64,000 bases of DNA from an uncultured Candidatus Saccharibacteria bacterium (GTDB lineage Bacteria > Patescibacteriota > Minisyncoccia > UBA11713 > 2-01-FULL-45-33). A program made the translations under genes and the position numbers. The DNA lies in NCBI GenBank assembly GCA_964464405.1, contig CAYXFX010000002.1, positions 44,027-108,026 of the forward strand. Direction: 5' to 3'. A model generated the notes under the pieces. That model had not been told where the DNA came from. It worked only from the letters and a program-made list of their open reading frames with translations, and did not search any database. Shown piece after piece: positions 57,453 to 64,000 of the stretch. Each line of letters begins with the position of its first letter. Position 1 is the first letter of the stretch.

Positions 57453-57480
57453 CACGGCTTTAAAACCGTGTTTTTTTATT
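57453..57480 (+). terminator. Intrinsic terminator-like hairpin on the plus strand, antisense to ftsA-ftsZ
   Basis: CACGG-CTTTAAAA-CCGTG followed by T7. Confidence 0.5.
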
Positions 57481-57506
57481 TTTTAAATAACGTTTTGAAA
57501 AGTATT

Positions 57507-58736
57507 CTATGGCAAAAAGGCTTTGAGCCAATATAAGAATGTCCCTGGGCGCGGATGTGAGAGAGAATTTAAAGAAGAAGATTTTTCTAAACCCAAAAGC
57601 CCTACCCCCAAAGAAGCAGACCAGGAAGGATTCCTTACTTTATCTCTGAAACCGCCGAGACTATCCGGATAAGAAATCCGCGCAGGAAGTTTTAAATATT
57701 CGCGCGTAAAATCTGCAATACCTTCAAGATTCGCTCCTCCACCAACGATAACAACGCCTGCGGCAAGAAGTCCTACCCGTTCAACTTTTTTTAGATGCTT
57801 TTCAATAAGCTCAAAAATGTCGTCTAGTCGCAACTCAATAATGTCCGATAGTTTTTTTCTCGAATATTTTCCGTAAATTAAGTCATCCGCGTCGTTTTTT
57901 ACCCTCGCCGTCTTTTTTGCCTGAACTTGCTCCCTTCCGACAATTCCGTGAGTTACTTTTAGTTTTTCCGCTTCTTCCATTGAAATCTGAAATCCGACAG
58001 CAATGTCTTGTGTTATGTGGCGAGAACCTACAGGCAATACTTCAAGAGAATAAGGATATCCTTCTTCAAAAATTATGAGAGAAGTAGTCAAAGAGCCAAT
58101 ATCCAAAAGCATTACACCCACCTCCTTCTCTCTTTTGGAAATCGCGCCCGCTCCTAACGCAAAAGGACTTGCAAATACGTCTTCTAATTCAATCCCAACC
58201 TCGTCAAACGTTTTTATAATATTTTTTAACTGTTGCGAAAGAGTCGTTATAAAAATGGTTTCCGCTTCTAGCTTTCCTCCAGATAGACCTTCTGGATCCG
58301 GAGTTGCAAGATCGTTATCGATTTTAAAAGAAAAAGGGATAGAATGTAGTACTTCCCTATTCTGCACTTTAGCTAAATTGGTCTCGCTCGCATCAATAGC
58401 GCGCTTTATATCGTCCTTCGAAATTTGGTTATCTGCACGGGAAACCGCTACGAGTCCTTTTGATTTTTGGAAACCCAGGCTTGTGCCCCCAATACCCGCA
58501 AAAGCGCGTGTAATTTTCATTCCGATCGCTTTTTCAAGTCCACTAGCAGCATTTTTTAGGGCTTTTGCTACATCGGCAACTTCGATTATGGCGCCCTTTT
58601 TTATCCCTTCCGAAGGAACAGAGCTCGCTCCAAGCACCCGCGTAAGATTGCCTTCACTACGGTCGGAAGACAAAGCTACAGCTTTAATAAATTCGGTTCC
58701 TAAATCTATTGCGATTACAGAATTTTGGCGGGCCAT
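57507..58736 (-). CDS. ftsA: Cell division protein FtsA
   Basis: IDLGT, GIKKG, DIGSLTT, AEKLK, VGGGANL; upstream of ftsZ. Confidence 0.95.
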   Translation of the reverse strand: MARQNSVIAIDLGTEFIKAVALSSDRSEGNLTRVLGASSVPSEGIKKGAIIEVADVAKALKNAASGLEKAIGMKITRAFAGIGGTSLGFQKSKGLVAVSRADNQISKDDIKRAIDASETNLAKVQNREVLHSIPFSFKIDNDLATPDPEGLSGGKLEAETIFITTLSQQLKNIIKTFDEVGIELEDVFASPFALGAGAISKREKEVGVMLLDIGSLTTSLIIFEEGYPYSLEVLPVGSRHITQDIAVGFQISMEEAEKLKVTHGIVGREQVQAKKTARVKNDADDLIYGKYSRKKLSDIIELRLDDIFELIEKHLKKVERVGLLAAGVVIVGGGANLEGIADFTREYLKLPARISYPDSLGGFRDKVRNPSWSASLGVGLLGLEKSSSLNSLSHPRPGTFLYWLKAFLP

Positions 58737-58769
58737 TGGATTTGTTAATTAGTTAAATAGTTGAATGGT

Positions 58770-59117
58770 TTAATTAATTTGTTCTAAAATTTTCTTTTCC
58801 ATTTTATCCATACGCTTCGCGTCTTTGTCCTTTATGTGGTCGTAGTGCAAAAGATGCAAAGATCCATGGATAAAAAGATATTTCAAATCTTTCTCGGATA
58901 TATTTATAAATATTTCACCGCTTGACTTACCAAAGGAAAAAGATAACACATTTGCCGCCTTATCCTTTCCGCGATACTTCTTATTTAGTTTTCGCAATAA
59001 TAAAGGTGTGGCAAGTACAAGAGAAAGTTCGAAGTCTTTTTTAAAAATTTTATGGTAAATGTCAAAAAATATTTTCTTTTCTATTTTCTTCCTGCTTAGA
59101 TTGAGGATTTCCAGCAT
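58770..59117 (-). CDS. ybeY: rRNA maturation endoribonuclease YbeY
   Basis: LNKKYRGKDKAANVLSF, HGSLHLLHYDH. Confidence 0.9.
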   Translation of the reverse strand: MLEILNLSRKKIEKKIFFDIYHKIFKKDFELSLVLATPLLLRKLNKKYRGKDKAANVLSFSFGKSSGEIFINISEKDLKYLFIHGSLHLLHYDHIKDKDAKRMDKMEKKILEQIN

Positions 59118-59118
59118 C

Positions 59119-59586
59119 TCACTTCCTTATTGTAGCAAGTTCTTGTCTTAATGCTTGTGAAATTCGATCCCCAGACGCCTTTCCTTTCAAAGTAGGCATA
59201 ATTATCTTCATAACATTCCCGAAGTCCTGTTCACTTCCGGCTCCAGCTTCCCTAATTCCTTCTTTAACAATACGCAAAAGGTCCTCATCCGATATCTCTG
59301 GAGGCAAATAAGGGCGCAAAATTTCAAGCTCCGATTCTTCTTTAGCCGCCAAATCTTCTCTTCCCCCTTTTCTAAACTCTTGCGCTGCGTCTTTTCTTTT
59401 TTTTACTTCGGATGATATGACGTCAAGCACTTCTTGGTCTGAAAGTCCTACATCGCGTTTCCTTAAATCTATTTCTTTATTGCCTATGGACGACAAAAGC
59501 AGGCGTAAAACGGAAAGGCGCAACGCCTCTCCAGATTTTAATGCTTGCTTTTGGTCTTCAGTAATTTTGTCTTTTAGGGTTGCCAT
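59119..59586 (-). CDS. GatB/YqeY domain protein
   Basis: KKRKDAAQEFRKGGREDLA..YLP; follows rpsU. Confidence 0.9.
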   Translation of the reverse strand: MATLKDKITEDQKQALKSGEALRLSVLRLLLSSIGNKEIDLRKRDVGLSDQEVLDVISSEVKKRKDAAQEFRKGGREDLAAKEESELEILRPYLPPEISDEDLLRIVKEGIREAGAGSEQDFGNVMKIIMPTLKGKASGDRISQALRQELATIRK

Positions 59587-59807
59587 TAGCGGGTTTTGTT
59601 TTTGCCAAGTTTTCTTAAGAGTTCCTGCTCTTTTTGATATTCGATGCGGCGCAAGGCCTCTTTTTTCTTTTGATATTCTGATTGGGAAGAGATGTGATAT
59701 CTATTTCCTCTTGCGCGAGTAAGAAAACTCGACGCTTGCATAACTTTGCTAAAACGCCGAAGCAAACTCCCCGTCGATTCATTTTCTCTTCTTCTTACTT
59801 CAACCAT
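59586..59807 (-). CDS. rpsU: 30S ribosomal protein S21 (divergent)
   Basis: VEVRRRENESTGSLLRRF; HIT-rpsU-yqeY synteny. Confidence 0.75.
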   Translation of the reverse strand: MVEVRRRENESTGSLLRRFSKVMQASSFLTRARGNRYHISSQSEYQKKKEALRRIEYQKEQELLRKLGKNKTR

Positions 59808-59834
59808 GATTTAAATACTAATTTACTAATTATA

Positions 59835-60179
59835 TTAAGCATTTGTTCTTTTCTCGCCTTTAGACCAGCCGCCCAAAAGATGCAAATGTATGTGATCAAC
59901 AATCTGTCCGCCCTCTCTTCCTATATTGAAAGTTAATTTATAACCTTGAAGGCCTAGCTTTTCAGCCGCTTCTTTTCCTAAAAATATCAAGTGTCCAATT
60001 AAAGCTTCGTCATTGTTTGATATTTCTTTAACAGACGCAATGTGTCTTTTAGAAACGATCAGATAATGCACTGGAGCCGAAGGGCGAATGTCTTTGAATA
60101 TAACAGCTTCGTCGGTTTCTTGCAATACCTCCGCCGGCATTTCCTTATTTATTATTTTACAAAAAATACAATTTTCCAT
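59835..60179 (-). CDS. HIT family nucleotide-binding protein
   Basis: CIFCKI, HIHLHLLGG. Confidence 0.93.
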   Translation of the reverse strand: MENCIFCKIINKEMPAEVLQETDEAVIFKDIRPSAPVHYLIVSKRHIASVKEISNNDEALIGHLIFLGKEAAEKLGLQGYKLTFNIGREGGQIVDHIHLHLLGGWSKGEKRTNA

Positions 60180-60188
60180 TATAGCAAA

Positions 60189-61544
60189 CTATTTTTTTAA
60201 TTTTGCTTTGATTTTTTCAATCAAGCGCGCTTGCATGACGGTTTCCTGAACACCTTCTTCCATATCACGGACAATAACCGAACCTTCCATTGCTTCTTTT
60301 TGTCCGATAAGAAGCGCGAGTTTCGCCCCGATTTTTGCAGCAATATTTAACTGTGCCTTTAAGTTGTCCCTTGAAATAGACTCCGCAACCGGAATTCCTG
60401 CGTTCCTCAAAACTTCAACTAAATTAAAACTTTTTTTCTTCCCAGCCGGCCCAATTTGTATCAAAAACACTTTGGGACTTAACTGTTTTTTTGCCGGAAG
60501 ACCAATTCTTTTCATTTCGTAAATGATTCTTTCAATTCCCATAGCCCAGCCGACGGCAGGAAGCGGTTTCCCTCCTAAAAGGCTCATTAGGTCGTCGTAT
60601 CTCCCTCCTCCACCTAGAGCAATTCTAGCGGGTAATTCTTTCTCCTCTTCTTCCTTTTGTGAGTTCTTATCATTTTGATCCGCAACTTTTTCTTCTTTTT
60701 TTGACTCTTCTTCCAAAAAAATCTCAAAAACAGTCCGTCCATAATAATCAAACCCACGAACCAGATAGTTGTCCATAAAATAAGGTATTTTCCCCTCATC
60801 TAAAAACTCCAAAACATTTTTAAAATGCGTTGAGCACGCTGAACATAAGTGCTCAATCATCTGGGGAGCTTGTCCTTTTAATTCTATGCATCCAGGCACC
60901 TTGCAATCTAGGAGACGCAAAGGGTTTTCTTTTAGCCGTCTTTTACAATCTTTGCAAAGATAATTAAATTTCTTTTTATAATAATTTGTGAGTTCCCTTT
61001 TATAAATTGGCCTGCATTCTTTATCCCCTATACTATTTACGTGTGTGATAACATTCTCAAACCCAAGTTCGCTTAAAATAAGGGTAAAAATTTTAATAGC
61101 GACTGCATCCATTACCGGATCAGCCTCTCCCAAAATTTCTATGCCAAATTGGCGGAATTCGCGGAAACGCCCTTTTTGTGGGGACTCGTATCTAAAAAAA
61201 GAACCCCCATAAGACAGCTTGACGGGTTGCGGCCATGAACCCATGCCGTTTTCGTTGTAAGCACGCATGATTGAAGCAGTTCCTTCCGGACGCAAAGCAA
61301 GCAAGTCCCCGCCCTTCGTACGGAGCGTATACATCTGTTTTTCAATGACATCGCTTGTTTCTCCCAAAGGGCGCAAAAATAGATCCGCGTTCTCTAAATG
61401 AGGAGTTTCTATCGGCATAAAACCGTAAAATTCTGAAATTTCACGCGCGCACTCCAATATTTTCTCCAGATATTTGGCGTCGGCCGGCAAAAGATCGTGC
61501 ATACCTTTTGGCGCCTGCGGTATTTCTTTTTTTGTTTTTTCCAC
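60189..61544 (-). CDS. hisS: Histidine--tRNA ligase
   Basis: LRPEGTA, FRYESPQKGRFREFRQ, LVRGFDYY, GGGRYD, GIER. Confidence 0.97.
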   Translation of the reverse strand: MEKTKKEIPQAPKGMHDLLPADAKYLEKILECAREISEFYGFMPIETPHLENADLFLRPLGETSDVIEKQMYTLRTKGGDLLALRPEGTASIMRAYNENGMGSWPQPVKLSYGGSFFRYESPQKGRFREFRQFGIEILGEADPVMDAVAIKIFTLILSELGFENVITHVNSIGDKECRPIYKRELTNYYKKKFNYLCKDCKRRLKENPLRLLDCKVPGCIELKGQAPQMIEHLCSACSTHFKNVLEFLDEGKIPYFMDNYLVRGFDYYGRTVFEIFLEEESKKEEKVADQNDKNSQKEEEEKELPARIALGGGGRYDDLMSLLGGKPLPAVGWAMGIERIIYEMKRIGLPAKKQLSPKVFLIQIGPAGKKKSFNLVEVLRNAGIPVAESISRDNLKAQLNIAAKIGAKLALLIGQKEAMEGSVIVRDMEEGVQETVMQARLIEKIKAKLKK

Positions 61545-61554
61545 AATATTAAAA

Positions 61555-62115
61555 TTAATTAATAATTTTTGCCTCTCCTATCGGCCAAAGACGAATAAAG
61601 GCACGGCCGATAATATTTTTTTTAGGTAAAATCCCCCAAAAACGCGAATCTGAGCTTGCGCCTCTATTATCCCCCAAAACAAAATACTGGCCGTCTCCCA
61701 AACTCCATGTGCCTCCGGAAGTGGTTTCTGTCGGCGGCAAATATGATTCTTCCAAAATAATCTCTTTGCCTTCCTTTGTTGTAATAAAAACTTCGCCAGA
61801 TTTAATATTTACTGTTTCTCCAGGAAGCCCAACAATTCTTTTAATAAAGTACTCCGAGGGCATGATGGGGTATCTAAAAACAATGACTTCCCCCCTTTTG
61901 GGGTCTCTTAAAAAGTAAGAAAGTTCGTCAATTATCAAATATTGTCCGTTTTTAAAATTTGGCTCCATAGAAGAACCTTCTACAATGAATGGCTGGGCAA
62001 CAAAAGTACGAATCGGAAGTACGATCGCTAAAGAAATGATAATGACTTTTATAAATTCCCAAAGACTGTTCTCATTTTTTGTCCTACTCTCCACAATTTC
62101 TTGATTTTCATCCAT
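61555..62115 (-). CDS. lepB: Signal peptidase I
   Basis: GSSMEP, IKRIVGLPGE, GDNRGASSDSR. Confidence 0.95.
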   Translation of the reverse strand: MDENQEIVESRTKNENSLWEFIKVIIISLAIVLPIRTFVAQPFIVEGSSMEPNFKNGQYLIIDELSYFLRDPKRGEVIVFRYPIMPSEYFIKRIVGLPGETVNIKSGEVFITTKEGKEIILEESYLPPTETTSGGTWSLGDGQYFVLGDNRGASSDSRFWGILPKKNIIGRAFIRLWPIGEAKIIN

Positions 62116-62121
62116 AATATT

Positions 62122-62162
62122 TTACCCACCAAAATTTTTAAACAAAAATTTAGGCGGGTGAA
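62122..62162. repeat. Short family-B inverted repeat between divergent lepB and pth
   Basis: TTACCCACCAAAATTTTT-AAAC-AAAAATTTAGGCGGGTGAA. Confidence 0.7.
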
Positions 62163-62214
62163 TATATGATACACCATTTTTGAAAAAATATCAAAATGAT
62201 ACTACCATCAAGAG

Positions 62215-62778
62215 ATGATAATAATTGGACTAGGCAACCCAGGAAAAGAATATGAGCAAACGAGGCACAATGCGGGAAGAGAAACCGCGCAATTTTTTGC
62301 CGAAAAAAAAGATTTTCCAGCATTTGAATTTGATAAAAAATCCAATTCATTAATCAGTTCTGCAAAAATCGGCAAAAATAGCGTGCTTATTGCATTGCCT
62401 GAAACATTTATGAATAAATCCGGACTGGGCGCAATTAAGTTAATCAAGCCAAAAAAAGAATTAAAAGATGTGGTTGTAATCCACGACGATCTGGACATTC
62501 CTTTAGGGCGCTTTAAAATTTCTTACGGGAAAAATTCCGGAGGGCATAAAGGCGTGGAATCCATAATGCGAGCGCTTAAAACAAAAAATTTTATCCGCAT
62601 TCGTATCGGCGTCTGCCCGAAAAAGAAACCCCAACAAAAAGAATTACTTAAATTTATTATCGGCAAGTGGAAACCGGCAGAATTGGAAATTTTCAAAAAA
62701 ACAAAAAAACGCGTTTGTGACGCGCTTGAAGTCATGTGCAAAGAAAGTTTAGAACGTGCAATGAGCGAGTTTAATTAG
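62215..62778 (+). CDS. pth: Peptidyl-tRNA hydrolase
   Basis: GLGNPG..TRHNAG, FMNKSG, HDDLD, GGHKG. Confidence 0.96.
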   Translation: MIIIGLGNPGKEYEQTRHNAGRETAQFFAEKKDFPAFEFDKKSNSLISSAKIGKNSVLIALPETFMNKSGLGAIKLIKPKKELKDVVVIHDDLDIPLGRFKISYGKNSGGHKGVESIMRALKTKNFIRIRIGVCPKKKPQQKELLKFIIGKWKPAELEIFKKTKKRVCDALEVMCKESLERAMSEFN

Positions 62779-63104
62779 TTTTCTGGCAAAGCTATCGATT
62801 GAAAAAACTCGAATATTTCCGAAGTATACGAGATATTATCTATTGTTTTTATTACACTTCCTTCATTAAAAGCTACAAGCTCGTGTTTTCCATATCCTGA
62901 AGAATATTTTAGTTCATTGACGGCAATACATATTTTGCACACAAAAAATAAAACCCTTCCTGAAAAAACAATAGACATGGCCTCATTTCTAATTTTTTTC
63001 GATAGACACTCCTCACAATCTGACTGACAAAATTCAACAATAACAGGTTTTTTGGCCAATAAAACCTTCTTTTGGAAACTCTTTGCCGTTACAACTTTTG
63101 GCAT
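62775..63104 (-). CDS. Divergent thioredoxin-fold protein
   Basis: FQKKVL..KPVIVEF..CEEC; SD AGGAGG. Confidence 0.55.
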   Translation of the reverse strand: MPKVVTAKSFQKKVLLAKKPVIVEFCQSDCEECLSKKIRNEAMSIVFSGRVLFFVCKICIAVNELKYSSGYGKHELVAFNEGSVIKTIDNISYTSEIFEFFQSIALPEN

Positions 63105-63178
63105 TGAACTCTCCTCCTTTTCTAGACATAAAATAGAATTTTATTGCATTTTTGTCAAACGACGACGACAAAAAATCC

Positions 63179-63202
63179 AACTTTACGCGATCGCGTAAAG
63201 TT
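63179..63202. repeat. 24-bp perfect palindrome 10 nt downstream of the Cas2-like gene stop
   Basis: AACTTTACGCGATCGCGTAAAGTT. Confidence 0.95.
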
Positions 63203-63212
63203 AACACATTTA

Positions 63213-63770
63213 TTAGTTGAGACAGAAATGAAGCTTTAGATCTGCGTCTGGTGCTATATTATTTATTTCCGCGTAGCGAATAAAATTTCGAGTTTCGAAT
63301 ACTTCTGAAATAAAATCTACTGCATCCTTACAATCGTAGGGATATACCCAAACACTTTTTTGCACTTCCAAAAATCCGATTTTTTTAAGCTCCCAGCGAA
63401 CAGCGTCTCTTGCGCGTTTCTTTTTCTCCGGGATGTCGTATGTAACCATTCTCCACTTTTTGTCCCACCGCGATGGAATACGAACTTTTATATTTTGGGG
63501 ATCATATTTAAGCGCGTGCTTTTCACCAAGCGATGTCAGAACGATATCCACCGTCCCATCTTTATTTTCAACATAATCAACTAATCTTTTATATTTAAAT
63601 TCGTTAATAATTCTCTTTAAAGTTGCGCGCTCGATTTCATTCCAGGCATGTGGTAAGTTCTTTAGAATTTTTCCAGACTTTTTAGGTGATCCTGAAAAAC
63701 ATAGTGTAACTCCGGCTGCGAGTAATAATACAATTTTTTGTTTTAGTGGACTATAAAAATATTTCGCCAT
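63213..63770 (-). CDS. Stand-alone PaaX-like protein: N-terminal hydrophobic segment, winged-helix, and Cas2-like ferredoxin domain
   Basis: wHTH wing VLTSLGEK; WDKKWRMVTYDIPE..R..LKKIGF..VQKSVW (Cas2/PaaX-central signature with the YD Asp). Confidence 0.8.
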   Translation of the reverse strand: MAKYFYSPLKQKIVLLLAAGVTLCFSGSPKKSGKILKNLPHAWNEIERATLKRIINEFKYKRLVDYVENKDGTVDIVLTSLGEKHALKYDPQNIKVRIPSRWDKKWRMVTYDIPEKKKRARDAVRWELKKIGFLEVQKSVWVYPYDCKDAVDFISEVFETRNFIRYAEINNIAPDADLKLHFCLN

Positions 63771-63781
63771 ATACTATATTT

Positions 63782-63807
63782 CAACTTTACGCGATCGCGT
63801 AAAGTTG
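63782..63807. repeat. 26-bp perfect palindrome 11 nt upstream of the Cas2-like gene start
   Basis: CAACTTTACGCGATCGCGTAAAGTTG. Confidence 0.95.
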
Positions 63808-63947
63808 GTCAAATTTGAACATGCATATTGCCATTTCCTTATTATGAGGAAAACCGCCATATGTGCTTGCACATTACCCGTGCGTATTGCATTTCTATCT
63901 TTTTGTCGTAAAATTTATGTACTGAAAGAAAAGATAGAAAAAACTCG

Positions 63948-63964
63948 CCTGCCGATAAGGCAGG
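63948..63964. repeat. CCTGCC-N5-GGCAGG palindrome
   Basis: CCTGCC-GATAA-GGCAGG; same arms as the 39261 and 40264 elements. Confidence 0.55.
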
Positions 63965-64000
63965 TTTTAATAGCAGCTGTTACTCCCCCTCTTTTGGAAA

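Noticed and set aside
63179-63807. CRISPR array next to a cas2
   Set aside because: Only two repeats, separated by a whole gene; no spacer-sized periodicity and no cas1 or other cas genes in the window.

Overview
AT-rich bacterial chromosome segment read with the standard code 11. It is most likely from a Patescibacteria/CPR (Parcubacteria-like) genome; this is inferred from compact genes, rplK without rplA, a class II RNR, a double-domain ThyX and CPR-style palindromic repeats. Positions 1-40.9 kb form a large surface-glycosylation island: a GDP-heptose-type pathway fed by transaldolase, a UbiA/DPPR-synthase-like prenyl-phosphoribosyltransferase, five polyprenol-phosphate GT2s, seven polytopic GT-C-like proteins (three of them paralogous), GT4s, AsnB, methyltransferases and two enzyme fusions. 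Positions 43.9-50.4 kb hold a deoxynucleotide metabolism cluster (HAD, NDT-like, NUDIX, DeoC, ThyX, and a dCMP deaminase-Tmk fusion). Positions 51.6-62.8 kb are housekeeping genes (rplK, nusG, secE, nrdJ, ftsZ, ftsA, ybeY, rpsU, hisS, lepB, pth). The main highlights are five. (1) A stand-alone wHTH-Cas2-like (PaaX-like) gene is bracketed within about 10 bp on each side by an identical 24-bp perfect palindrome, and a solo 42-bp copy 37 kb away matches the reconstructed 'empty site'. (2) A family of ~141-bp structured elements with compensatory stem changes is present, one copy translated in-frame inside a glycosyltransferase. (3) Several other palindromic inserts are translated inside glycosyltransferases, including an identical 55-bp unit read in two different frames of one gene. 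(4) MITE-like elements fill the secE-nusG-rplK spacers exactly. (5) A G7 homopolymer frameshift interrupts a small DMT-like gene. No rRNA, tRNA or CRISPR array was recognised.
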